IMG/VR virus record: IMGVR_UViG_3300029725_000150
Span: 2,142 to 66,141 of that record
Length of the DNA stretch: 64,000 bases
Source of the DNA: a virus
Direction: 5' to 3' (one strand)
Positions 55,719 to 64,000 of the stretch are shown here, one piece after another. A program made the translations under genes and the position numbers. Under the pieces are notes generated by a model. The model made no database searches and was not told where the DNA came from. It saw only the letters and a program-made list of their open reading frames with translations. The stretch's first letter is position 1; each line of letters opens with the position of its first letter.

Positions 55719-57812
55719 TTATTTTTTATAAAAACCTTGGAACCTCACGATACCTAGATACTCGGGAGATTTCATTAGTCCGTCCCCCATGCCGCCCAAC
55801 GTCTCGGCTCCCGGCTCGTCAAGGACAACCTTGGAGTCAATCTCCTTAGGTACACGGAAGCATATCTGTACGGGGAAATTCACCTTAGCGTCTCCCGTGA
55901 TCACGTTAACCGACGCTCTTTGCGTAGCCGCCATGATCCGGAACCCAAGCGATCGTCCCTTTTGTAGCAACATCTTCAGATTCTCCTCCAATGACTTTTC
56001 ACGACCGACCGTGCGTAGTTCCATTTTAGGCTCGAGGAACCCGAAGGCGTTCTTTCGCTGGCCAACCTCGACCATTTCCTTTATGTCAAGTTCCGTTCCC
56101 GATCGGGAGGACGCTACCGCGTCGGCGAACTCATCGAACACCACCAGCGTTTTCCATGATGCCCTCGATTTAGCCCTTTCCTGCATATCCTGTACGAGTT
56201 CTTTCATCTTGGCCTCTATTTCTTCTATATCATTATAGACCTTTATGTATTTCTCGGAGGAATAATTACAGAACTCGTATTTCGGATCGAAAATTACGAT
56301 GTCCCGGATACCGGCTAAGCGGGCGTATTCTATCGTGGATATGATACACACGGATTTACCGCTACCGGTAGCTCCGCAAATCAAGGCGTGAGGCGTGGAG
56401 TTGTTATCGAGATCCCACACCACGAGCCTTCCGAAGTTATCCGTTCCTATGGGAATCCTCATGCCGTCGATATACTTCTTGTCCCAGTACAAGGACTTGG
56501 TTCTTTTCTTCGGTGATTCTATGGAGAGGTAGGATTTTCCCTCATACACCATAAGCTCGTTACCCATCCTTATGGATGGCACGTCCAGTGCGTTCGCTAT
56601 GTCTAGCTTGTATTTCATCACTGTCGTGATCTTTGTTCCAGCGGATACCTCTAGCAGATACGTGTCTGACGAGTACCCGTTAATCTCCTTGGCTACGTTC
56701 ACGATCACCCCGAATGTCCGTAGGATATGTTCTATTTTCTCGCTGTTTGTCATATTACTATTGGATAAATCATATTGAATGAATGAGGAAGCGTTCCTCT
56801 TGAACTCGGATATTACCTTGGGGTTTACCGATCCAAGGGAAGCGTCCCGTATTTTTTTCTGTCTCTTCGATATCAATTCCTTCTTTGACTCGGGCACGTT
56901 GAAATCATCGACCTCCGCTATCAGCGTCTTGGCCCAGAAATTATAAAGCTCGGCCCTGTCCACGAAGTTGTCGCTATCGTTGATCATGTACACGTAATCC
57001 GGATCGGACACGGCCTCTATCATCCTTTTTAGCGGCTCGTACAATATGGCCTCGTAAAGCTTCCTCGTGTCGTTATCGAGATTGATTACGAATTTCTTCA
57101 ACTGGGAGGAGCCGTCCTTGTTTTTCGAGATCTTGTTCTCCACGAACCATACCTCGTCAACATTCTCCCCGAAGCGGGACTCATAGCACTTGACGTAGGT
57201 CATTGCCTGTTTCCCGCAGATAAACGTTAGCTCCTCGTCATCGGTGAACTTGGCCCTTGACTTATGGTCTATGATGACCGTCCGACCGCTTTCCGTCCTT
57301 ATCGCCAAGTCTAGCCTAGCGTGGCAGGGTAGGGGGATGTCCACCCCGTTTATCGTTACCCATTCCTCGCACCTTGATTCCACGGCGATTATCTCCTTGA
57401 TACCGGAAAGATAGATATCCTTCTCCCCGTAGAAGTTATTGATAAGCCTCGTGGCGTTCTTGGTGGCCTCGATCTTGCATTCCTCTACGGTAGGTGTCGT
57501 TTTCTGTATCTTCCAATCATTCGGGTGTACCTCCTCTATGTATGAGAACGCTACCCTCTCCATTTCCGTGATCGGTATTATCTGCCCCTTGCGCTGTAGC
57601 TCCATGAAGAAATACTCCAAGGCCGAATGATAGGCGTTACCCGCTACCGTGCTGGAGGATGATCTGGATCTTTCCCGGTAAATCTCCCGTTTCTCGAACT
57701 CCTTCTCGTTCCGGGAGAAAGAGGCTACCTTGCTGTAACTCCAAGAGTCAATAAGGTAGTTTGATAAATGCTCCTCCAGCTCGGCGTTGGTATAGGATGA
57801 GTACTTGTTCAT
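55719..57812 (-). CDS. PD-(D/E)xK nuclease-like N-terminal domain fused to FtsK/SpoIIIE-like DNA translocase ATPase
   Basis: Walker A ICGATGSGKSV and Walker B LVVFDEFADA. N-terminal LDLAI...IIDHKS resembles a PD-(D/E)xK nuclease motif. Confidence 0.65.
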   Translation of the reverse strand: MNKYSSYTNAELEEHLSNYLIDSWSYSKVASFSRNEKEFEKREIYRERSRSSSSTVAGNAYHSALEYFFMELQRKGQIIPITEMERVAFSYIEEVHPNDWKIQKTTPTVEECKIEATKNATRLINNFYGEKDIYLSGIKEIIAVESRCEEWVTINGVDIPLPCHARLDLAIRTESGRTVIIDHKSRAKFTDDEELTFICGKQAMTYVKCYESRFGENVDEVWFVENKISKNKDGSSQLKKFVINLDNDTRKLYEAILYEPLKRMIEAVSDPDYVYMINDSDNFVDRAELYNFWAKTLIAEVDDFNVPESKKELISKRQKKIRDASLGSVNPKVISEFKRNASSFIQYDLSNSNMTNSEKIEHILRTFGVIVNVAKEINGYSSDTYLLEVSAGTKITTVMKYKLDIANALDVPSIRMGNELMVYEGKSYLSIESPKKRTKSLYWDKKYIDGMRIPIGTDNFGRLVVWDLDNNSTPHALICGATGSGKSVCIISTIEYARLAGIRDIVIFDPKYEFCNYSSEKYIKVYNDIEEIEAKMKELVQDMQERAKSRASWKTLVVFDEFADAVASSRSGTELDIKEMVEVGQRKNAFGFLEPKMELRTVGREKSLEENLKMLLQKGRSLGFRIMAATQRASVNVITGDAKVNFPVQICFRVPKEIDSKVVLDEPGAETLGGMGDGLMKSPEYLGIVRFQGFYKK

Positions 57813-58645
57813 GGCATGTCCTCTTTGTTTTTGCCCTTAGACTGTCTCATCGCCTCCTTTTTTTGATCGACATCTTTCTTTGTCTCACGAATTGGAAGGA
57901 TTAGATCGTTTACCGTGGTATCCCCGTCCTTTAACGCTTGTATGATCCCGATCAGCATGGCGATCTCGTCGGGGCCTATCTGATTGCTGGTCTGTTTGCC
58001 GCATAGCTTAATGACCTCCTCTTCCGTTATGGCGTATTCGTTCTTGAACTTGTTGATGATATTAGTTCTCGTTTTTAATATCTTGTCAGCGTCGGATAGA
58101 TCCCCCGTGATGAATTTTTGGGCGGCTTGATAGACCCTGTCCACTATGGCCTTGGGGATAACGGCGAATACGGAATTGCGATAAGCTATGGAGTTGGCGG
58201 CGTTTCCCGTTACGGTAATCATGTCGTCTGAGTAACGTTTCCCCTTGCTATCCACTATGCTCCTGCGAACCTCGAACGCGGACGCTACGTTTGTCTCCAG
58301 ATCCCAGCATGTACCCCTGCTGATGATCTGCTTGTCCGTTATCTGGATAACCTTGGCCTCAGTCCTGATATTACCCCAATTGGATACGATTATCTTGGCG
58401 AGGTGTACGGATGGCCCAGTAATAGGTTTCCCTCCTCTTGGCAAGGCATAACTGCATGACCTTGCCGTGTCTTGATTCATCGTGGCCATTACCACGGAAT
58501 TATCAATACTCCTTCTGATATCCCTAGGATATCTTTTCGCGGTCGCAACTTGTGAGTCCACGTTTGCTCTCTCAACCGCATCTACCTGTAAAATTTGTAC
58601 TTCATGGCTTTCTGCTGGAAGTACCTCGTAACTTCTTGATTCCAT
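57809..58645 (-). CDS. hypothetical protein (278 aa); recombination or ssDNA-binding role is possible from context only
   Basis: Start overlaps the stop of the FtsK-like gene. No motif recognised. Confidence 0.4.
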   Translation of the reverse strand: MESRSYEVLPAESHEVQILQVDAVERANVDSQVATAKRYPRDIRRSIDNSVVMATMNQDTARSCSYALPRGGKPITGPSVHLAKIIVSNWGNIRTEAKVIQITDKQIISRGTCWDLETNVASAFEVRRSIVDSKGKRYSDDMITVTGNAANSIAYRNSVFAVIPKAIVDRVYQAAQKFITGDLSDADKILKTRTNIINKFKNEYAITEEEVIKLCGKQTSNQIGPDEIAMLIGIIQALKDGDTTVNDLILPIRETKKDVDQKKEAMRQSKGKNKEDMP

Positions 58646-58819
58646 GATTATTTATTTTGAATGATTTTCTTTACCAATATAAAGTGCTGGTTTCCCAATC
58701 TCGTTGATACCGATCGTCCTCGGATTCTGTTTCCTCCTCCCCGTCGTACTCCGGTTCGCCGTCGGGGTCTTTGATGTAGATGTCTCTCATGCGATCCTCC
58801 GATAAGCAATGCCTTGGGG

Positions 58820-59443
58820 CTATTGCATTTCTTTAAATACCCCTCCATCTAATTTGTAATATGTATCCGCCTTTATCTTCTCCCTGTCAACAAATTCCGT
58901 TTTTACGCAAACGGGGATATATCTTTGCTTTTTATCCGAATAAGACCATTCGGATAGTGTTATCCATGATCCTTTTGAGGCTTTTGCTACTGAGTTAATA
59001 CCTGCGCACATGATAACACTGTCTTCTCCTGTGCTGTCTATCTTGGCATAGTTGCCGGACGAACCAATCTGGGCACCGTTGCCGGACGAATTATCCTTTA
59101 TGCTTGTTTTCATTTTTTTAGGTGATGTGATCTCTTTTAGCCATTCGACTCCAAGATTGATCATGTCAGCCAATTTTAACTCTGCTTTTATTTTTATTTT
59201 CGAGGAGCAAATCTTTGTCCCTCTATCCTCCTTGGATATATTTCCGTCTTGCTCTACTTCGCAAAACCTAGAGTCTATCATAGTATAGTGATCAAAAACA
59301 TCAAACGGGCTTTCGCAAGCGTGAAACCCTCTGCTACACACCTTGATCTCTCCATCCATCTCATATTCCTTGCCTATTTTATATTGAAAATCCCGGCATT
59401 TTAAATTTTTGTCAAATCCCTTGTAAGATTTTATAGCAGCCAT
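58820..59443 (-). CDS. hypothetical protein (207 aa)
   Basis: ORF track; N-terminus YKGFDKNLKCRDFQY...CSRGFHACE. Confidence 0.45.
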   Translation of the reverse strand: MAAIKSYKGFDKNLKCRDFQYKIGKEYEMDGEIKVCSRGFHACESPFDVFDHYTMIDSRFCEVEQDGNISKEDRGTKICSSKIKIKAELKLADMINLGVEWLKEITSPKKMKTSIKDNSSGNGAQIGSSGNYAKIDSTGEDSVIMCAGINSVAKASKGSWITLSEWSYSDKKQRYIPVCVKTEFVDREKIKADTYYKLDGGVFKEMQ

Positions 59444-59589
59444 TTTATTTATCGTTTATTAGTTCTACAATGTCTTTTCTTATCTCTATCAATTCTTCTT
59501 TGCTAAGTGTCTTTAATTCGTCTAGGATATCGTCCTTCCTCGATCGATTCGGTCTTGATGGGGCTTGTACCACGTACAACACCCCGAAA

Positions 59590-59859
59590 TCATTTTTCTG
59601 ACTCATAAGTCATTATTACGATTTGATTTATCACAACAAATACTGATACTATGCCAAATATCAGTAAATGGATATGAGAAGGTTTTTCATTCCATTCGAA
59701 GATTGCGACTATTGAGGCCAGTCCCAATATTGTAGCTAAGACTATCCTAAAAGTAAAGATGATAATGCTCTTTATGGCCCGGAATATCTTCCAGAACCAT
59801 GCTTGGTTTCTCTTTATCATATATATTGTTGTTTTTAAAATTCGGAAGAAAGGCCTCAT
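59590..59859 (-). CDS. small membrane protein (89 aa, 2 TM)
   Basis: Two hydrophobic helices. GAGGA lies 4 nt upstream of the ATG, inside a CACGGAC-motif hairpin. Confidence 0.4.
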   Translation of the reverse strand: MRPFFRILKTTIYMIKRNQAWFWKIFRAIKSIIIFTFRIVLATILGLASIVAIFEWNEKPSHIHLLIFGIVSVFVVINQIVIMTYESEK

Positions 59860-59939
59860 ATCCTCACGGACGGAGACCTGCTTTGTAAAAATTGTAACTT
59901 TGATTTTCTGATTGAATAAGCACCCCTAGGGGTGAAACG

Positions 59940-60013
59940 TGCTCCCTGCCGGGCTTGAACCGGCGACCCTAACATTATGAGTGTTGCGCTCTAACCAACT
60001 GAGCTAAGGGAGC
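59940..60013 (-). tRNA. tRNA-Met (anticodon CAU), elongator-like; could be tRNA-Ile2 if lysidinylated
   Basis: Minus-strand sequence GCTCCCT-TA-GCTC...GAGC-G-CAACA-CTCATAA-TGTTA-GGGTC-GCCGG-TTCAAGC-CCGGC-AGGGAGC-A. 7-bp acceptor stem, D stem GCTC/GAGC, T arm GCCGG/CCGGC with a TTCAAGC loop. 74 nt, no encoded CCA. Confidence 0.75.
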
Positions 60014-60871
60014 GTTTGCCCGTCTTTCCGGGCCGCCAACATTATGAACCGCCATGTCATCACCGTCACATTCCACATGATTTCGTGGAACCTCCACCTC
60101 GATAAATACTCTTTGGACTCATTTCGGATTTACCATACCATTTTTATCTACTACTCTATCGGCTTTCCCATCTTCGGACAGGCCCGACATCCGTCCTCGA
60201 TTCGGATAGAGTGGTGCGTTCATTGATACAAGATTGTGGATGGGAGGGGATTCCAACCCCTATGCGTCTATTACGCTGGCTCAATGTCTACCCATCCGTT
60301 TGCCGGGGAATTCCACCCCGGCGAGTTCTTAATCATCTAAAATTCTTTCTTTCCTGCCTCACGGCGGTATATTAAGGTCTTGGTTGAGAAGTGTATAATA
60401 ATTAGCAATGTGATTTAATTGTGGTAGCCGGGGGAATTCGCACCCCCACAACCTCCAACGGTTTCGAACCCGAATCATAGACGGGTAGGGGAGTGTATCT
60501 TATGCGTTAGATAGACAGTTTGACACCGATACGGAAATATCCGTACTTCACTGACACGACGTAATATCTAACCTTTGTATATACATTATTAAATATGTAG
60601 ACTCCAACACCAGAACCGATCAAACTACATCGGGAGCGGGGATCATCATCCCTCCCGGTATCTTCGCCTATCATAACCTTATCACCATACCTATATCTCT
60701 TACGTATATCCTCTTATGGGGATAAGGATTTATTCACTAAGTCAAAGAACTCTTTTTAGTAGGCATCCGGGAATCGAACCCGGAGCGGGGTGAAGGATTT
60801 GCAATAGCCTTTAGTCTTTAAAATGATCCGCTTCCAGCCGTGACGCTTCACTGGCCATGCCCTTATGCTAT

Positions 60872-61051
60872 TTATCGGCTTTGTTTTGATCCCCTGTAAA
60901 ATTCCATCGCTCTTTTTCTTATCATGTAAGCGTTTGGGGAACTTGTTACACCTTTTAATGCGTTTCTGACCGTTATCTCTGTGAATCCCGTGTCCTTAGC
61001 CAAGGCTCTTATTGAGCCATGCGGCACTATGATCTCTTCTAATCTTGCCAT
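60872..61051 (-). CDS. small helix-turn-helix protein (59 aa; MARLEEIIVPHGSIRALAKDTGFTEITVRNALKG...)
   Basis: Just under the ORF-track cutoff. Classic HTH sequence pattern. Adjacent to the excisionase-like gene. Confidence 0.35.
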   Translation of the reverse strand: MARLEEIIVPHGSIRALAKDTGFTEITVRNALKGVTSSPNAYMIRKRAMEFYRGSKQSR

Positions 61052-61061
61052 ATCTTTTTAT

Positions 61062-61319
61062 TTATCTGTTCATATACGCTATAAGGCCGGCCTTGCTAAA
61101 CACCCTTTTCCGGCCTTTATGAGCGTGAGGTATTTCCTTTATATGTTCCCTCAGATATCGGATAGATAGCTTGGTGATCTTGGAGGCTTCATCGAAGCCA
61201 ACGAACTCGTCCTCTTTCTGGGCCTCTTTCTCCAAAACGGACTCCACGATCCTTTTTACCTCCTTTCGCATGAGGGGAATCAATTCCTCGGCTATAAGCC
61301 TTGCGTCGTTCCTTGTCAT
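61062..61319 (-). CDS. excisionase-like / MerR-type HTH DNA-binding protein
   Basis: FVGFDEASKITKLSIRYLREHIKE..IPH..GRKRVFSKAGLIAYM resembles the excisionase-family HTH. Confidence 0.5.
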   Translation of the reverse strand: MTRNDARLIAEELIPLMRKEVKRIVESVLEKEAQKEDEFVGFDEASKITKLSIRYLREHIKEIPHAHKGRKRVFSKAGLIAYMNR

Positions 61320-61324
61320 AGCGT

Positions 61325-61534
61325 TTACTTTAATCTCGTTACAATCACGTCATCAATGCGTCCCGCTGTTTGTATCGTAAAATCATATCCTTTAGTCTTC
61401 AAGTAATCCACACCCCTTTTTACCTTTAAGTATGGTATGGTCTTGTTTTTTATGATTGTGGGTTCTCCTATATTGAATCCCAATAATGTCTCACTAGTCG
61501 AGATTTTTGTCTTTACATTTGTAAGATTCTTCAT
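61325..61534 (-). CDS. hypothetical protein (69 aa)
   Basis: ORF track. Confidence 0.3.
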   Translation of the reverse strand: MKNLTNVKTKISTSETLLGFNIGEPTIIKNKTIPYLKVKRGVDYLKTKGYDFTIQTAGRIDDVIVTRLK

Positions 61535-61658
61535 TTTTTATACTACTTTTGTTTATTACTCTTTTTTAGTACGCTGTGATAGTACTTTTGTTCTATCACA
61601 ATGCAAATATACTTCAATATGAAGTATTGATCAAATTTTTATTGTTAAAAACTTCATT

Positions 61659-62087
61659 TTGAAGTTATTTATACTGATTCTAAATAATATTTTTATGGAA
61701 AATTCTGTTATTCAAAGACTTAAAATGTATTTTAAGGATTCTTCTTTAAGAAATAGAGATGTGGCTAATAAAATAAATATGCCAGAGAAGACATTTAATA
61801 ATAAAATGAACGGTTTGAGAGGTCTTGATTTAGATACTCTAACGTCAGTTCTACTTCATTATGGGGATATCTCAGCGGAATGGCTCTTGCGTGGAGAAGG
61901 TAACATGAATAAGTCGGAAGAGAAGAATAGTGATATACATATAATGTATGAGACTAGTAGAAAACAAATACTATTACGAGACGAAAGGATTAGGGATCTG
62001 GAGATAGAGTTGGAGTTGGCTAATACTCGCTGTGAGGAATTAAAGAAGGAGGTTCTGGCGTTAAAGAGAATGTCTAAAAGTAGTTGA
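61659..62087 (+). CDS. XRE-like HTH transcriptional regulator with C-terminal coiled coil
   Basis: VANKINMPEKTFNNKMNG...ISAEWLLRGEGNM is an HTH_XRE-like pattern. The start may be the ATG at 61698. Confidence 0.5.
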   Translation: MKLFILILNNIFMENSVIQRLKMYFKDSSLRNRDVANKINMPEKTFNNKMNGLRGLDLDTLTSVLLHYGDISAEWLLRGEGNMNKSEEKNSDIHIMYETSRKQILLRDERIRDLEIELELANTRCEELKKEVLALKRMSKSS

Positions 62088-62193
62088 TAGTGTTAAAAGG
62101 TCCCTTTTATGTTCTTAAACATTGAATATTAATATCTGAATCTATTTTGCTTTTGTTTTAAAAGTAATTATTCGTTTTTAATTACACTGTATT

Positions 62194-62427
62194 ATGCCTA
62201 CGGAAATAGATGTTTATATTGAACATGTGATTAGTCTGTCAAAAGATTACAGCATCCTTTTTGACAAGTATATTAAATTGGAAGAAAAGTGCAGGATTTT
62301 AGAAGAAAGGATTCTCTTGTTGGAAGGAAAGAGAACAGCTTCTCCCGCCCTTCAAATCTCTTTTGCTAGAGATCTGTTAAATGATGTTAACGGGGGGGTG
62401 AATCCTTATTCTATAATTAATGCCTAG
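62194..62427 (+). CDS. hypothetical coiled-coil protein (77 aa)
   Basis: ORF track. Confidence 0.3.
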   Translation: MPTEIDVYIEHVISLSKDYSILFDKYIKLEEKCRILEERILLLEGKRTASPALQISFARDLLNDVNGGVNPYSIINA

Positions 62428-62553
62428 GCATTAACGAAGTGGTTACAATTTTCAAGTATTTTCTATTTGTGATACCAATATACAAACAATTAAATTAATT
62501 AATCTGTGTATCAGATTATTGAAGAACGAGATATAACCCCAGCCCGATCACGA

Positions 62554-62582
62554 GGGAGATTCTAAAAGAGTCTCCCTTTTTT
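62554..62582 (+). terminator. rho-independent terminator
   Basis: GGGAGATTC-taaaa-GAGTCTCCC followed by TTTTTT. Confidence 0.5.
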
Positions 62583-62738
62583 GTGTCATAACTTCGTTGG
62601 CAAAGTATCTTAGGTGCGTGAGCCGATGTACTTAAGATACTTTTTTGGGGGGAGGGATCGACAAGAGGTTCTTTCTTTTTCCGACTGTGTCTTGTCCTGA
62701 AATAGCTTGACACTTTTAAGGGGCTAAAAAGTATAGAA

Positions 62739-63119
62739 ATGATCAAAAGAAAGCCCAAAAGAGTGTTCACGGAACCCTTTAAATTATCCGTGTTACGCGA
62801 GTATTACAGTAGCGGAATGAGCAAGTATGCGATAACGAAGAAATATTCTTTGAGCCCTCCTTGCATATATAGATGGCTAAAAGAATACCCAGTGGGATCG
62901 GACCAGTTACCTTTGCCATCAGAAACAAAAGAGAGGTTACAGATGGTTCCCAAGCAATCGGATTTGACAGATATGGAGTCCCTTCAAAAGCGCATAGAGG
63001 AATTGCGTCGTTCTTTGGAGCTGGAGAAGATGCGTAGCCGTGCCTTCGAGAAGATGATAGAGATAGCGGAAGAGGAAGAAGGCATCAGTATATTCAGAAA
63101 AGATGGTGCCAAACAGTAA
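62739..63119 (+). CDS. IS3-family transposase OrfA (HTH)
   Basis: FKLSVLREYYSSGMSKYAITKKYSLSPPCIYRWLKEY HTH, followed by a leucine-zipper-like region. Confidence 0.8.
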   Translation: MIKRKPKRVFTEPFKLSVLREYYSSGMSKYAITKKYSLSPPCIYRWLKEYPVGSDQLPLPSETKERLQMVPKQSDLTDMESLQKRIEELRRSLELEKMRSRAFEKMIEIAEEEEGISIFRKDGAKQ

Positions 63120-63151
63120 CGGCGTTACGTGAGGAGTATCCCCATGAGAGT

Positions 63152-64000
63152 GTGGCTACCCTTTGCGGGCTGTTTGGAAAGAAACGCCAATGGTATTACG
63201 CGAACATGAAGGCGGATGTATCGGAGAGACAACGCGTCAAGCTTCTTGCTGACATGATAGGCTATTATCGTCTTTGTTGTCCCCGTATCGGAGGTTTCAA
63301 GCTGTTCCATTTACTGGAAAAGGATTTGGGACATGCTGTGACCCTCGGGCGAGACTCGTTCTTAAAGGTTTATGAATCAAAAGGCTTTAAGCTCAATCCC
63401 AACAAACGTAGGCGTACGACAGACTCCAATCATGTCTATAAAAGGTACCCCAATCTTATCAAGGGAAAAGACGCGCGGTATTCCAACCATATATGGGTGT
63501 CGGACATCACGTACGTGTGGATATTGGGGGACGTGTTGTACTTGCATCTTGTCACCGACGCCTATTCGCACGCCGTATTGGGCTGGTGCCTATCCGACAG
63601 TCTCAGCGCCTCGCATACGACAGAGGCCTTGCGCATGGCGATCCGGATCGCCGGAGGCGGCAACCTTTGCGGTACCATACACCACTCGGACAGGGGGTCA
63701 CAATACGCCAGCGAGGCTTACGTCAGCTGCCTCATGGAGCATCACATACGGATAAGCATGACAGAAGGATATGAGCCGACAGACAACGCCATGGCGGAAA
63801 GACAGAACGGGATCTTCAAGGTCGAATGGATATACGAGCAGGAAATGTACAGGGATAAAGAACAGGCGATCAATGAGATCAATCGTATGATTGACTTTTA
63901 TAACAACCGAAGACCTCATATGAGCATCGGAATGGAGTGCCCGATGGAGGTGTATAAAGGCAAACTGCCGGGGAAAAATCTTTGGCGAAAAAGACCCTGA
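63152..64000 (+). CDS. IS3-family transposase OrfB (DDE integrase core), 3' end truncated by the window edge
   Basis: WVSDITYV, HSDRGSQY and DNAMAERQNG. The frame continues past position 64000. Confidence 0.8.
   Translation: MATLCGLFGKKRQWYYANMKADVSERQRVKLLADMIGYYRLCCPRIGGFKLFHLLEKDLGHAVTLGRDSFLKVYESKGFKLNPNKRRRTTDSNHVYKRYPNLIKGKDARYSNHIWVSDITYVWILGDVLYLHLVTDAYSHAVLGWCLSDSLSASHTTEALRMAIRIAGGGNLCGTIHHSDRGSQYASEAYVSCLMEHHIRISMTEGYEPTDNAMAERQNGIFKVEWIYEQEMYRDKEQAINEINRMIDFYNNRRPHMSIGMECPMEVYKGKLPGKNLWRKRP

Larger units (their letters stand above)
62690..64000 (+). mobile_element. IS3-family insertion sequence, truncated by the window edge (left boundary approximate)
   Basis: orfA (HTH) and orfB (DDE transposase with HSDRGSQY and DNAMAER) in a -1 frame relationship. 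The orfB frame stays open upstream through an A-run (AGAAAAG) at 63096-63102. Confidence 0.7.

Noticed and set aside
60240-60300. 61-nt segment with a perfect acceptor-like pairing GGATGGG/CCCATCC and a T-arm-like hairpin, considered as a tRNA gene
   Set aside because: It is too short to hold both a D arm and an anticodon arm; no acceptable anticodon stem-loop could be drawn. The T-loop reads TTGGAAT, lacking the conserved C56. It is kept only as a tRNA-like element in the findings.
60981-61169. Plus-strand 62-aa ORF
   Set aside because: Antisense overlap with two better-supported minus-strand HTH genes (60872-61051 and 61062-61319).
1-64000. Search for CRISPR arrays, rRNA genes and an integrase
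   Set aside because: No regularly spaced short direct repeats, no rRNA-like segments and no tyrosine or serine recombinase motifs were seen anywhere in the window.

Overview
The window is mostly one ~60-kb tailed-phage genome or prophage, about 45% GC. One Bacteroidales-type promoter-like motif (TAnnTTTG) just upstream of the putative capsid gene, and the absence of Shine-Dalgarno sequences on most genes, suggest a Bacteroidales host. This is inference, not proof.

Gene content, left to right:
- A short minus-strand cluster of small unknown genes (1-1263).
- A plus-strand block (1483-17556) ending in a 4842-aa giant multidomain protein. It contains an inorganic-pyrophosphatase-like motif, a gamma-class N6-adenine methyltransferase, an SNF2-type helicase, an HExxH metallopeptidase motif and low-complexity linkers. 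It looks like an injected anti-defence polyvalent protein of the DarB kind.
- A 27%-GC island (17.6-19.3 kb) with a two-gene minus-strand operon: a double zinc-ribbon protein and a membrane protein.
- A packaging block on the minus strand: terminase large subunit, a compact rhomboid-like intramembrane protease, and a small upstream protein.
- A plus-strand structural and lysis block (22.9-35.3 kb): scaffold-like protein, putative major capsid protein, and two chimeric tail-fibre/tailspike proteins whose C-terminal halves are AT-rich. One carries a right-handed beta-helix, the other an SGNH/SASA-type (GQSNADG) esterase. Then a holin-like protein, an N-acetylmuramoyl-L-alanine amidase endolysin and a spanin-like protein.
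- Small plus-strand genes (35.4-39.4 kb), including a DnaA domain IV-like HTH protein, a Gly/Asn/Gln-rich glycine-zipper membrane protein and an RGG-tailed protein.
- A putative portal (39.7-41.7 kb, minus) and an 848-aa structural protein (43.6-46.1 kb, minus).
- A minus-strand early and replication module (46.2-59.9 kb): RtcB RNA ligase, a disrupted ASCH gene, YopX, a DnaJ-type zinc-finger protein, Dam-like methyltransferase, DnaC-like loader, replication initiator, RuvC-like resolvase, an SPFH lipoprotein and a PD-(D/E)xK nuclease fused to an FtsK-like ATPase.
- A tRNA-Met(CAU) gene (59940-60013, minus) followed by a ~0.9-kb non-coding stretch full of GC-rich hairpins that look like tRNA T-arms.
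- Two small HTH proteins (one excisionase-like), an XRE-like regulator, and a truncated IS3-family element (orfA and orfB with a -1 frameshift arrangement) at the right edge.

No CRISPR array or rRNA gene is visible. Most functional calls rest on motifs read directly from the translations and need profile searches to confirm.
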